The notes under the pieces are model-generated. The model was not told the DNA's origin. It saw only the letters and a program-made list of their open reading frames with translations, and made no database searches. A program made the translations under genes and the position numbers. Shown here piece after piece: positions 38,692-48,658 of a DNA stretch of 64,000 nt. Each line of letters opens with the position of its first letter. The stretch's first letter is position 1. The DNA is from Candidatus Lustribacter sp. (GTDB lineage Bacteria; Vulcanimicrobiota; Vulcanimicrobiia; Vulcanimicrobiales; Vulcanimicrobiaceae), in assembly GCA_965277805.1 (NCBI GenBank), contig OZ255842.1, positions 3,456,001 through 3,520,000 on the forward strand. Direction: 5' to 3'.

Positions 38692-39849
38692 TTACGCAAC
38701 GAGCGGCTCGTTGAGGTGACGCAGTTTGGGAATCACGTCGCTTGCAAAAAGACGCAAGCTATTCTCCGTTAGATCGTGCGGCAGCGTCCCGAAATGAAAG
38801 ACGCCGACGTGCGTGTCGAAGCCCCATTCGAGCGCGTTGCGCTCGAGCTGTTGGCGGACCGTGTCGGGACTTCCGCACAGGATGACGCCGTGCTGCATGA
38901 GGTTCTCGAACGTTTGCTCGCCAAAAATCGGCGTCTTGTCCTGGGCGATCCGGCGCTGCGATTCGAGCGACGTATAGCCCGGCGGGAAGAAACGATGTCC
39001 CGGCATTCGGAAGAACGTGTTGTACATGTTCTCGATATGCGGCTTCATCTCGCGATGGGCGCGCTCGTCCGTGTCGGCGACGTAGATCGGACAGCCCCAG
39101 CCAAGCTGCTCCGGGCCGGCCGTCCAGCCCGCCTCGTTCGCGACTTCCCGGTAGAGATCCATGTACTTCTTGCAAGCGGCGGCCGTGCTCAGGTTTTGCA
39201 GGTACTTGTAGCGATGGTCATCACGAGCGGCCCACGCCACCGTTTCGCTGCTGCCGTTGGTTGGGATCCATATCGGCGGATGAGGTTTTTGATACGGCCG
39301 CGGCCAGATGTTGACCCACGGAATGTGATAGTGTTTGCCTTCGAAGGCGAACGGTTCTTTCGCGGTCCAAGCGCGAACGATTAACTCCTGCGATTCGTGG
39401 GCGCGTTCGTGCGAATCGGCAGGGTTAACGCCCCACACTAAGTACTCGATCCCAATCCCACGCACGAAGCCGCTAATGAGCCGGCCGCCCATGATATTGT
39501 CGAGCATCGCCAGTTCTTCGGCCACCATGAGCGGGTGGTCGCGCAGCGGCGTTGCGTTCCCGAGGATGGCGATCTTGATGCGCTTCGTTCGGCGCGCAAG
39601 CGTCGCCGCAATGAGGTTCGGCGAGGGCATCAGGCCGTATGCCGTCATGTGGTGTTCGTTGAGGACGACGCCGTCGAAATCGAGCTCTTCCGTTAACTCG
39701 AGTTCGTCGAGGTAGCGATTGTAGAGCGCGTGGCCCTCTTCGGGGTCGTAGGCCGAATTCGGCAAGACCATCCAAGCGGAATCGTAGCGCGCGCGAATCT
39801 CCGGATCGAGCGGCGCGTACGGCATGAGGTGAAAGAAGAAAAATTTCAT
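38692..39849 (-). CDS. Luciferase-like (LLM class) flavin-dependent monooxygenase
   Basis: MKFFFFHLMPY, NEHHMTAYGLMPSPN, GGRLISGFVRG, PRPYQKPHPPIW; ATG 39849 overlaps the upstream stop (ATGA). Confidence 0.9.
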   Translation of the reverse strand: MKFFFFHLMPYAPLDPEIRARYDSAWMVLPNSAYDPEEGHALYNRYLDELELTEELDFDGVVLNEHHMTAYGLMPSPNLIAATLARRTKRIKIAILGNATPLRDHPLMVAEELAMLDNIMGGRLISGFVRGIGIEYLVWGVNPADSHERAHESQELIVRAWTAKEPFAFEGKHYHIPWVNIWPRPYQKPHPPIWIPTNGSSETVAWAARDDHRYKYLQNLSTAAACKKYMDLYREVANEAGWTAGPEQLGWGCPIYVADTDERAHREMKPHIENMYNTFFRMPGHRFFPPGYTSLESQRRIAQDKTPIFGEQTFENLMQHGVILCGSPDTVRQQLERNALEWGFDTHVGVFHFGTLPHDLTENSLRLFASDVIPKLRHLNEPLVA

Positions 39850-40622
39850 CCGATAGCCTCGACGAATGAGGAGTTGATCGCGTGTTGGAGGCGTTCGGGC
39901 TGCTCGATGTGGGCATAGTGCCCGCAGTTTTCGAGGATCGTGGTCCGCGCGTTGGGGAGCAATGCCGCAAGTGCATGCGCGTACGCAATCGGAAACAGGC
40001 GATCGGTGTCGCCCCAGATCAGGTGCACCGGCATGCTGACGCGATGCAGCCACTTCTCGAGCTGCGGATTGAAGAGCGGCGGCTGCCAGGCGACTCGAGC
40101 AACGGCGTTCCGATTCTTGTTGAAAGCAAACTCTGCTTCCGGCGAGGAATGGACCTTCGCGACCTGCGCGTCACCCAGGGCCGAATCGGCGAACATGCTG
40201 CGGAGTACGACATCGGGCGCGCGCATGAACAGGTCGCCCTTTGGAACGCCGATCACGTGAATGCCGGCCGAGGCGACGAGCGTAAGCGTTGGAAAGCGCT
40301 GCGGATAGCGGATGGCAAGTTCCAAGGCAACCCACCCGCCCAGCGAATGCCCAACCAGATGCACGCGGTCGAGCCCGAGTCGATCGAGTAGCTCCAGCTG
40401 AAAGTACGCGAGGTCGTCGATCCGCGTGAGCCAGTCCGGCATGTCGGATTCGCCGAACCCGGGCTGTTCCGGCACAACAACGTCGAACGCCGACCCGAGG
40501 CCTTCGGCCAGCGGCAACGCCGGCCGCGCTCCGTCGAGCCCGTGCAGATACAGCAGCGGTTCGCCGCGTCCCGTGCGATGCAGCGCGAAACGGTTTCCGC
40601 GGTAATCGATCGTCGATGTCAT
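39846..40622 (-). CDS. Alpha/beta fold hydrolase
   Basis: LHG oxyanion, PGFGES, nucleophile GHSLGG, WGDTD, C-terminal GH; start ATG 40622. Confidence 0.88.
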   Translation of the reverse strand: MTSTIDYRGNRFALHRTGRGEPLLYLHGLDGARPALPLAEGLGSAFDVVVPEQPGFGESDMPDWLTRIDDLAYFQLELLDRLGLDRVHLVGHSLGGWVALELAIRYPQRFPTLTLVASAGIHVIGVPKGDLFMRAPDVVLRSMFADSALGDAQVAKVHSSPEAEFAFNKNRNAVARVAWQPPLFNPQLEKWLHRVSMPVHLIWGDTDRLFPIAYAHALAALLPNARTTILENCGHYAHIEQPERLQHAINSSFVEAIG

Positions 40623-40629
40623 CCTTGCG

Positions 40630-41115
40630 CTAGCTGCGCGGTGCGTTCGCGGGTTCCGCACCCTCCAGCTTCAGCTGGCGAATGGCGGCGAGCGTGGCAT
40701 CGAGCGCACTCAAATATTCTAAACGCATGTCCCGCGCGTAGGCCGCTTCTTCTTCGCTGCCCGCCGCAACGCCCGGAAGCTCGAGGTCGAATGTGAAGCG
40801 CAACAAGAGCTCTCCGCGCTCGTCTTCGTCGATGAGGTTGCGGATGACGCCGACCGACTTGCCCGTCAAGCGTTCGAACGTGACGCCGTGCAGCGGATCG
40901 AGCGTGACGCGCTGCCTTGCGCGGTCACCCTTAAAGATGATTTCGCGAAAGAAGACGTTCTCCGACTCTTCGCTGAGCACAACGCAGTGCGTCATCGCCG
41001 GAATGAACGGCAACGCGTTGCGCGCCTTCAGTTCGAGACCACGCCAAACATCGGCCCGCGTTAGTGGGACCTTTCCCTCTTCGTTGACCACCACCGCTTC
41101 ATTCACGCTGAACAT
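40630..41115 (-). CDS. SRPBCC/AtaL-like (DUF1857) protein
   Basis: LTRADVWRGLELKARNALPFIPAMTHC N-terminal motif; 161 aa. Confidence 0.75.
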   Translation of the reverse strand: MFSVNEAVVVNEEGKVPLTRADVWRGLELKARNALPFIPAMTHCVVLSEESENVFFREIIFKGDRARQRVTLDPLHGVTFERLTGKSVGVIRNLIDEDERGELLLRFTFDLELPGVAAGSEEEAAYARDMRLEYLSALDATLAAIRQLKLEGAEPANAPRS

Positions 41116-41158
41116 GCCGCACCTCTGGAACCGGTAGAAACTGCCCGCGGAATTTGAT

Positions 41159-41179
41159 ATACTTATTGTCAGTAAGTAT
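41159..41179. promoter_or_regulatory. Putative MarR operator palindrome
   Basis: ATACTTATTGTCAGTAAGTAT (ATACTTA-N7-TAAGTAT) between the divergent marR gene and the catabolic operon. Confidence 0.7.
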
Positions 41180-41226
41180 TAGCGTACTTCGAGCCCCGTG
41201 TCAACGGTACTCTCAGGAGGGGTAGA

Positions 41227-41697
41227 TTGCACGCTCCGTTTCGGCGGGTCAACATCGCCGCGAAGATTCGCGATGCCTCCGACCTTTACGTAAAATCGAT
41301 CCGCGCTCGGGTGCGGCCCTACGGATTAAGCCTCAACCAATTCCGGCTGCTGCGCGAGCTGTGGGAGGAAGAGGGCGTCACGCAACGGGTGATCGCGCAA
41401 CGGATGCACGTTTCGGAACCGGCGACGGTAGCGACAATCGATTCGCTCGTCGAGGCCGCACTCGTGCGGCGCGGGCGAGTCGAAGGCGACAAACGGAAGT
41501 CGTCAATTTTGCTGACCGCTCGCGGCGAGCGGCTGCGCGATGCCATTCTGCACGAGAACGGCGCACTCAACGCGCTCGCGCTAGAAGGCTTGTCCGCCCA
41601 GGAGCGTGAGACGCTTTCGGCACTCCTCGACCGCGTCATCGGCAACCTGACGGATGCAGCCGAAGCCGACGGGGTTGACCGCAACCACAGGCACTGA
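41227..41697 (+). CDS. MarR family transcriptional regulator
   Basis: GLSLNQFRLL, wHTH TQRVIA, DKRKSSILLTARG; TTG start after AGGAGG. Confidence 0.88.
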   Translation: MHAPFRRVNIAAKIRDASDLYVKSIRARVRPYGLSLNQFRLLRELWEEEGVTQRVIAQRMHVSEPATVATIDSLVEAALVRRGRVEGDKRKSSILLTARGERLRDAILHENGALNALALEGLSAQERETLSALLDRVIGNLTDAAEADGVDRNHRH

Positions 41698-41710
41698 GGA
41701 CGAGAATTTG

Positions 41711-42550
41711 CTAGACCGCCAACCTCTCGAGCCCCGGCTGAGGATCCCGCACGCCAACCGCATCTACCAACTGGAACTCCAATAGCTCGAGCTGTGCGCC
41801 AAAGTATGCCTTCCGGAAAGCGTCTTGCGACTCGAATGTTGATTGCGCCAAACGACGCACCGGCACCGCAATGCGCAAAGCCGGAACGTCGAAAGGATAC
41901 GGATCGAGGGATACCGTCTTAGCGTCGAGCGGCGTCATGCTGAGCCTCACCCCGTCCTTTTCGCCGTCGTTGTAGCTGACGGGAACGGGTTCGAATGCAT
42001 CCGCCTCAGGAGCGTGCAGCGAAAAAGCGAGGCTCAAGAGATCCCAGACTTGCAGCAAGCGGTAATTGATCCAAAGCTGCTGCGGGTCGAAATTGTGCTG
42101 CGCGATGAGCTGCGGACGTAGCGCCTCTTGCCGGTCGATGAACGCTTCGACTTCAGGCTTTTGCTTTCGTACGTCTTGGATGGCTGACGAGATCGTTTTA
42201 TAGCGCTGTCGCCATAATCCGGTACGATGCATGCTCACAAGCAAGCCGGCATATGGGTCGAGCGCCAATAGCCAATCGAAACACCATCGATATTCTTCTA
42301 AGCGACGCTCATCGGTGAGCACATTCCGGAACATCGGCGTACCGCCCGTCGCTTCGTCGTATGCCGGCGCCGTCTCGTAGCGCAGATAACCGAAATCGTG
42401 AAACGCGGCCGCGCGTGCGACGGACTCGTACGGGGTTAGTGAGGCGAACTCCGCGTTACCCCAATGCGCTGCGAACTGGCCCGCCAACCGCGAATGATCG
42501 GTTTGAGCGAGCAAGAGCATTTCGCCGTTGGCTTCTTTGCGGACAATCAT
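41711..42550 (-). CDS. DUF3891 family protein (HD-like)
   Basis: MIVR...QTDHSRLAGQFAAHWGN...HDFG...YAGLLVSMH...LLQVWDLLSL. Confidence 0.8.
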   Translation of the reverse strand: MIVRKEANGEMLLLAQTDHSRLAGQFAAHWGNAEFASLTPYESVARAAAFHDFGYLRYETAPAYDEATGGTPMFRNVLTDERRLEEYRWCFDWLLALDPYAGLLVSMHRTGLWRQRYKTISSAIQDVRKQKPEVEAFIDRQEALRPQLIAQHNFDPQQLWINYRLLQVWDLLSLAFSLHAPEADAFEPVPVSYNDGEKDGVRLSMTPLDAKTVSLDPYPFDVPALRIAVPVRRLAQSTFESQDAFRKAYFGAQLELLEFQLVDAVGVRDPQPGLERLAV

Positions 42551-42734
42551 GTCATGATCTCACTAACCTGACGAGAGTAGCCTCAGCTCGGCGCAACCTT
42601 TTCTGAAACCCTGCAAGGAAACCTGGCCGCTAAAAGGTCGTCAGCCTACCCTCACTGTAGAGCAACCGGCGGTCAGCGATACATTCGGCGCCGAATGGGC
42701 AGATACGTCCTCATGAACGGACCACGTTGATTTC

Positions 42735-43055
42735 ATGCCGAAATTTCTTACGATCGGGTACGGCGACGAAGCCGGCTACAATCGCACACCAGCCCCCATT
42801 CGTGACGCCGCACACCGCCATGACGCACTGTTGCGAGAAGCGGGTGCAATCGTCGGGATCGCGAGAACTCCGGTGCAAGTCCGCAATCCTGAGGGGCACG
42901 GCGTCCAGACGACCGCGGGCGCTTTTATGCGCTCAGACTTGCCGCTCGCGGGCTTCGCTTTGATCGATGCCGAGAACATCGAGGACGCGATCAACCAGGT
43001 CGCCCAGACGCCCTGCGCTGTGGCATACGGCGTTGTGGAGATTTGGCCACTTTGA
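42735..43055 (+). CDS. YciI-related protein
   Basis: GAF...LAGFALIDAENIEDAI...PCAVAYGVVEIWP; 106 aa. Confidence 0.75.
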   Translation: MPKFLTIGYGDEAGYNRTPAPIRDAAHRHDALLREAGAIVGIARTPVQVRNPEGHGVQTTAGAFMRSDLPLAGFALIDAENIEDAINQVAQTPCAVAYGVVEIWPL

Positions 43056-43085
43056 GCGACCTGATGTTGACGCCCGTAGCGCAAA

Positions 43086-44018
43086 TTATGCCTTGAACAC
43101 GATCTCGTCGATTGGAAAGCGCGGCAGGTTTCCGTACTTTGCGCTCATGTCAATGACCGCTTGGGCTTCGGCCGGAACCCACTTCTCGGCGAACGCAGAT
43201 CGGATCATCGTGCGTGCGGCAGACTCCGGAAGCTTTGTATACTTTATGAGGATCTCGGCGGTCTTGTCGGTATTGTGATTCGCCCACACCGCTGCTTCGG
43301 CATTGGCGCGTTGAAATCGCCGAACGGTATCGCGATTGGCCTGAGCCCAGTCACGCGTGGCAATGAAGACGTCGACCAGGAAGCGCGGCGCACAAGCATC
43401 GAGCGGAGCGCCGATGGAGCGCGCGATCGCCATCGCCGGTACGAGGAACGGTTCCGAAACCATGGCCGCATCGACGCGGCCGGCCGCGAGCGCGTCCTGC
43501 ATCTGCGCGAAACCTAACTCGACGATCTTCACGCTCGACGAATCGACGCCGTTCTTGTCGAGCCATGCGCGGATGCAAAAGTCTTGAATGCCGCCGACGC
43601 CGTTGCAGCCGATCGTCTTGCCGGCGAGGTCCCGCGGCCCGTTGAGCGCTGACGCCTTGGCGACAGCCATCACCGTGGTGGGAGCGGAGGCCAGATAGAG
43701 CCCGCCCGGCGCGAGGATCACAAACGGCAGCCCCTTGGGATGCGCTTGCGCGATCGAGACAAGACTCGTGGCCCCAATGTCGAGCGACCCGCCGGCGATT
43801 CCGGCCGCGATGGCGGCACCGGTATTAAATGCCTGAATTTCGACCCGCAGCCCGGCTTTTTTGAAGAATCCGCCGTCCTGGGCGTAATACGGCTGGGCCG
43901 TGGCGTCAATGTTGATCGTACCCATCCGCAGCGGGAGGTCGTCTGCGAGGGCAATCCCGGGTATCGTCGTCGCCGCGGCGACGCCGCACAAAGAACGGAG
44001 GGCGCTCGATCGTTTCAC
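43086..44018 (-). CDS. ABC substrate-binding protein (SsuA/NMT1-like)
   Basis: MKRSSAL signal, GFFKKAGL, DLAGKTIG, GRVDAAMVSEP; GTG 44018 overlaps the upstream stop. Confidence 0.87.
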   Translation of the reverse strand: MKRSSALRSLCGVAAATTIPGIALADDLPLRMGTINIDATAQPYYAQDGGFFKKAGLRVEIQAFNTGAAIAAGIAGGSLDIGATSLVSIAQAHPKGLPFVILAPGGLYLASAPTTVMAVAKASALNGPRDLAGKTIGCNGVGGIQDFCIRAWLDKNGVDSSSVKIVELGFAQMQDALAAGRVDAAMVSEPFLVPAMAIARSIGAPLDACAPRFLVDVFIATRDWAQANRDTVRRFQRANAEAAVWANHNTDKTAEILIKYTKLPESAARTMIRSAFAEKWVPAEAQAVIDMSAKYGNLPRFPIDEIVFKA

Positions 44019-44953
44019 TGGCTCGCTCCTACGTACAGATCGCCGGCTGGGAACGTCGGGAAGTTGCTGTATTTCGCGGTGAGGTCGATCAGCGGCTGCG
44101 CGTCGGCGGCGTTCCACGCCTCTGCAAACGGTGCCCGGCGCATCGTATGAACCGTCGCCTCCGGCAGCTTCGTATACTCCGTGAGCATGGCTGCGGTTTT
44201 GTCATGATTCCTGTTGGCCCAAGCAGCCGTCTTGTACATCGCGCCTTGAAAACGTTTTACCGTGTCGCGATTCGCCGCGGCCCACTGCGGCGTGGAAATA
44301 TAGACGGACAACAAGAAGCGCGATCCGCACGCGTCAAAAGGAAGCCCGATCGCGCGTCCGGTTGTCTTCGCTTCGGTGATGAAGGGCTCGGTTACACACG
44401 CCGCATCGAGGCGCGAAGCGCCGAGCGCGTCCATCATCTGCGCGAAGTTCATCTCGACGACCTTGACCGTCGATGAGTTGCCGCCGTTTTTATCCACCCA
44501 CGCACGAACGCAATATTCCGGAATTCCGTTGATGCCGTTCATGCCGATCGTCTTGCCTTCCAGATCCTTCGGCCCATTGATGGGCGAATTCTTCGGGACC
44601 ATCATCGACGTCGTCGGAGCGGACGAAAGATACAGTGCCGCCGGCGCGATGATCGAAAACTGCACGTTGCGGTTGCGCGCCTGCGCGAGCGCGACCGGAT
44701 TGGAGACCGCAATGTCGAGCGCCCCACCGAGGACGGCCGCTGCAATCGCTTGACCGTTGTTGAACTGCTGGAATTCGGCCCGCAGTCCGGCACCTTTGAA
44801 GAAACCCGCCTCCTGCGCATAAAACGGCTCGAGCCCGCTGTCGATGTTGATCATCGCCATCCGGACCAGCGAATCTTCCGCACGTACCATGCGCGGAGCC
44901 AGCGGAGCGATGGCGGCCGCCGAGAGTAGACCAAGAGCAGACGAACGCTTCAC
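44015..44953 (-). CDS. ABC substrate-binding protein (SsuA/NMT1-like), tandem paralogue
   Basis: MKRSSAL signal, GFFKGAGL, DLEGKTIG; closely similar to the downstream gene. Confidence 0.87.
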   Translation of the reverse strand: MKRSSALGLLSAAAIAPLAPRMVRAEDSLVRMAMINIDSGLEPFYAQEAGFFKGAGLRAEFQQFNNGQAIAAAVLGGALDIAVSNPVALAQARNRNVQFSIIAPAALYLSSAPTTSMMVPKNSPINGPKDLEGKTIGMNGINGIPEYCVRAWVDKNGGNSSTVKVVEMNFAQMMDALGASRLDAACVTEPFITEAKTTGRAIGLPFDACGSRFLLSVYISTPQWAAANRDTVKRFQGAMYKTAAWANRNHDKTAAMLTEYTKLPEATVHTMRRAPFAEAWNAADAQPLIDLTAKYSNFPTFPAGDLYVGASQ

Positions 44954-44977
44954 GCGGGTTTCCCTCCGTTGTCGTGA

Positions 44978-46123
44978 CTAAAGGTGCTTAATCAGCAAGC
45001 TTTCGATCTCGGCTGCGGCGTTCTTTGCACCGTCCACGCTCCCCAATTGAACGGAAATCGCCCGAGCTTTCTCGCGATACGTTGCGTTGGAGAGAACCTC
45101 TTGCACGGCCTTACGCATCGTTTCGGCGCTCGCGTCCGCGGGCAGCGAGCGCCCGACGCCCCACTGCTGTGCGGCCGCGGCGTTCGGCGCCTGATCGTGC
45201 GCCATGCCCGGGATGAGGACCATCGGCAAGCCATGCGTGAGCGCGCGCATGAACGTCCCATGACCGCCATGCGTCACGACGAGCGCTGCCCGGTGCATGA
45301 GGGCGTCATGATCGGCCGTCGCGAAAACCACGACATTTGGGGCACTCTTGAGCGTCGCAGGATCGACACTATCGCCGACGGTCACCACACCGTGGACCGG
45401 AAGTGCGGCGAGCGCATCGATCGCGTTTTGAAATTTGGCCGGCGAGCCTTGTTCCGGCATCGTACTGAAGCTGACGAGAACGAGCGGCACGGGATCGTCG
45501 TCGCGCCAGGGGAGTTCGACGCGCGCACCGTGCCGTTCGCGTTCCAAAATCGGTCCCACGTGACGGACTTTGTCGGCATGGGCGAGGCTGTTCGGCGCGT
45601 CGTCAAGGGCTTTGAGCGTCGAGACCAGCAGCAGGTCCCGCGACATCCACAGCGTGTCCAGGTCGGCGGATAGCGGTGGGAAACCGGCTTCCGTGCGCAG
45701 CCCGACGATGGATTCCAATTGCTTTCGCCAGAATTCGATGATGCGGAGGACAGCAGTGTGACACATGGCCACAGTCGGACAATCGAAATGCGCCGCCTCC
45801 GTCAGGGCCGCCGGGAACATCGCATCGATGATCACGAGATCCGGCTCTTCCAATGCCATCACAGTGCGAATTTCTTCGGACGTCGCCGGCGAAGTGAGAA
45901 AACTCGCGGCCTTTGGAAGCCACTTCTGCGGATATCGTTCGGCTTGCTCGTAGGCGCGCGTCAGCTCGATCGCGCGAAAGCCCGCCCGCTGCACCCGCGG
46001 AACCATCTCTGGCCGCCCGGCGAAAGAGACCTCGTGACGCCGCTCCGTCAACTCGCGCGCGATGCCGAGACTCGGAGGCAGATTTCCGCCGCCGGACCAA
46101 TTCAGCCACAACACCTTCGACAT
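44978..46123 (-). CDS. GT1/MGT family UDP-glycosyltransferase
   Basis: GGGNLPP N-terminus, VTHGGHGT, HDQ nucleotide-sugar binding motif. Confidence 0.88.
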   Translation of the reverse strand: MSKVLWLNWSGGGNLPPSLGIARELTERRHEVSFAGRPEMVPRVQRAGFRAIELTRAYEQAERYPQKWLPKAASFLTSPATSEEIRTVMALEEPDLVIIDAMFPAALTEAAHFDCPTVAMCHTAVLRIIEFWRKQLESIVGLRTEAGFPPLSADLDTLWMSRDLLLVSTLKALDDAPNSLAHADKVRHVGPILERERHGARVELPWRDDDPVPLVLVSFSTMPEQGSPAKFQNAIDALAALPVHGVVTVGDSVDPATLKSAPNVVVFATADHDALMHRAALVVTHGGHGTFMRALTHGLPMVLIPGMAHDQAPNAAAAQQWGVGRSLPADASAETMRKAVQEVLSNATYREKARAISVQLGSVDGAKNAAAEIESLLIKHL

Positions 46124-46467
46124 GCGTTCTCATTTCGGCCGAACGGCATTAACCCCTGATGCCCATCCTAGGAACGGGAAACCCAGGTCACCGACGGGTC
46201 GCCGTCGTCGACCCGGGTAAGGCGAACGCCTGCAGCAACACGGGCGAGGAGCACAGCGATGCCACTGATCGCGGTCTCGAAATACGAGCGATTCTTTAGA
46301 GAAGCATCGACAAGGACGTCGCGTTGGGGCCGATCCTCGATCAGGAGGTCGCCCGGCCGCCACTCGATTTCCGCTATAGCGAAACTGGAAAGGCGCAATG
46401 CAAATCTTCAACCTGCTGCTCTAACGATCTGCCGTGCGAAGCAACGCATAGATCGGAGAACGAGTTC

Positions 46468-46851
46468 ATGGTCATCGATCCACTAACGGTAATTGCGCGA
46501 TGGCAAGCAGCCGTGTCTGCTTCAGACTTCAAAGGCCTCCGCGCCCTGTCGACTGACGACATTGAGATTGTGGGCTCACGGGGTCCCGGTCGCGGCATCG
46601 CCTTCGCCGAGGAGTGGGTGCGCAAGACGGGTATCGGCCTGCAGACGATGCGCGCCTTCGCGCGCGGCGATGTGGTTGTTGTTGAGCAAACGGCACGCTG
46701 GGCGGCCGGCGCAGACAGCACCGAAGCTCCGGAGCGCATTATCGCAACGGTGTTTACTGTTCGCGACGAACGGATCGCGCGCGCGGTGCGCTACGAGGAT
46801 CTCGCGAGCGCGCTGGCGGCTGCCGGCATGCCCGCTAACATCGGAAGCTAG
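46468..46851 (+). CDS. SnoaL-like / NTF2 family protein
   Basis: DDIEIVGSRG, GDVVVVE, VFTVRDERIAR; ATG 46468 after GGAG. Confidence 0.75.
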   Translation: MVIDPLTVIARWQAAVSASDFKGLRALSTDDIEIVGSRGPGRGIAFAEEWVRKTGIGLQTMRAFARGDVVVVEQTARWAAGADSTEAPERIIATVFTVRDERIARAVRYEDLASALAAAGMPANIGS

Positions 46852-47956
46852 CCGACGCCCGCTGTTTCGAGCGTCCGGTAGTCCGTGTAGCCGCGTTCGT
46901 CCCCGCCGAAGCAGTGGTCCCAATCGACATCGTTGAGCGGGCCCCAACGCGTAGCCGCTCGACGAGATCAGGGTTCGCCACGAACGCCCGCCCGAAGGCG
47001 ACCAGATCCGCGTGGCCGGATGCGAGGGTTTCGGTCGCGAGCTCGCGCGTATAGCCGTTGTTTACCATCCACGGACCGTCGAAGCTCTCGCGGAGCTTCA
47101 CGAAATCGAATCCGTGGAAATCACGCGGGCCCTGCGTGTGCCCTTCGATCACGTGGCAGTAGGCGAGACGGAAGCCGTTGAGCTCGCTCACCAGGGGAAA
47201 AAAGACGGCCTGCGGATCACTGTCGAACACGCCCCCAGCGGGCGAGACCGGCGAGATACGGATCCCGGTGCGATCGGCGCCGACCGCAGCGACCACGGCC
47301 GCGGTCACCTCGAGCGTCAGGCGGATGCGGTTCGCGACGGAGCCGCCGTATCGGTCCGACCGACGGTTGCTGCCGTCACGCATGAACTGGTCGAGCAGAT
47401 ATCCGTTGGCAGCATGAATTTCAACGCCGTCGAATCCCGCGGCGATTGACTTCGTCGCCGCGTCGGCGTAGTCGTCGATGAGGCCAGGCAACTCGACGAG
47501 CTCAAGCGCACGCGGCGTCTCGACGTCGGCGAAATCCCCGCTCTCTAGAAACGTGCGCGCGCCTTGCGGAGCGATCGCCGACGGAGCGACGGGCAGGAGG
47601 CCGCCGGGCTGCAGCGAGGTGTGCGAGAAGCGGCCGACATGCCAAAGCTGTAGGTAGATGGTTCCGCCTTCAGCGTGAACCGCGTCGGTCACGCTTTTCC
47701 AGCCGGCAACCTGTTCGGGTGAATAGATCCCCGGTGTGAAGGCGTAGCCTTTGCCATACGGAGAGATCTGCGTCGCTTCGGCGATGATCAAGCCGGCACT
47801 CGCACGCTGTCGATAGTACTCGACGTTGAGCGCGTTCGGCGCGTCGGTTCCGGGCGTCGCGCGATTGCGCGTCAGCGGTGCCATGACGACGCGATTGCGG
47901 AGCCGCGAGCGACCCAGCTCGAACGGCGTAAACAGTACGGCCGACGGATTCTCCAT
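46848..47956 (-). pseudogene. nemA: Alkene reductase (old yellow enzyme, NemA-like) with a 1-nt frameshift near the 3' end
   Basis: NRVVMAPLTRNRA, QLWHVGR, EIHAANGYLLDQF, GRAFVANPDL. The conserved tail PLN...FGGDERGYTDY lies in a different frame after ~46940. Could be an assembly error. Confidence 0.7.
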
Positions 47957-48097
47957 GATGCGCGTTGACACGTCTGCCCGCCAAATGTTTGCAGCGCGCA
48001 TCGCTGGCGTGAAGCACGCGATAACGCATAATACGACACATACGATAATGCGTTAACATTCCGCGTAAACGCAGTAGCCCGCGGGTAGACGAACTCC

Positions 48098-48658
48098 ATG
48101 AGCAATGAACTGTCCGGAAAAAAAGTCGCCATCCTCGCAACCGAAGGTTTCGAATACGTCGAACTGACGGAACCACGGAAGGCCCTCGACCAAGCCGGCG
48201 CAAGCACGTACGTTGTTTCGCCGGAAAGCGGGCAAATTCGGGGTTTCAATCATCACGATCCAGGCGATTCCGTTCCAGTGGATCGCACGCTAGATCAAAC
48301 CAGTCCCAACGATTACGACGCACTGCTCCTGCCGGGCGGCGTGATGAATCCCGACGCGTTACGGATGGACCCCCACGCTGTCGCGTTCGTCAAAGCATTC
48401 GCCGACGCGAACAAACCAATCGCGGTCATTTGTCACGGACCGTGGACACTGGTGGAAGCCGACGTCGTGCGCGGGCGGCGAATTGCGTCATGGCCTTCCC
48501 TAAAGACCGATTTGAAGAACGCCGGCGCGACTTGGGTCGACCAGCCGAGCGTCACCGACGGCAACATCACCTCAAGCCGCAAGCCTGACGACATCCCGCA
48601 GTTCAACCGGGCGATGATCGAGTTATTCGCGCAGCAGAAAGCGGCCGCGAAGACTTAG
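48098..48658 (+). CDS. pfpI: PfpI/DJ-1 family protein (type 1 glutamine amidotransferase-like)
   Basis: GFEYVELTEP, LPGGVMNPDALR, ICHGPW, SRKPDDIP. Confidence 0.92.
   Translation: MSNELSGKKVAILATEGFEYVELTEPRKALDQAGASTYVVSPESGQIRGFNHHDPGDSVPVDRTLDQTSPNDYDALLLPGGVMNPDALRMDPHAVAFVKAFADANKPIAVICHGPWTLVEADVVRGRRIASWPSLKTDLKNAGATWVDQPSVTDGNITSSRKPDDIPQFNRAMIELFAQQKAAAKT

Noticed and set aside
42682-42697. Palindrome CATTCGGCGCCGAATG upstream of the YciI-like gene
   Set aside because: Single GC-rich palindrome with no U-tract and no second copy; function unsupported
46168-46398. 76-aa minus-strand ORF in the gap between the GT and SnoaL genes
   Set aside because: No recognisable motif or convincing RBS; could be a remnant but cannot be supported
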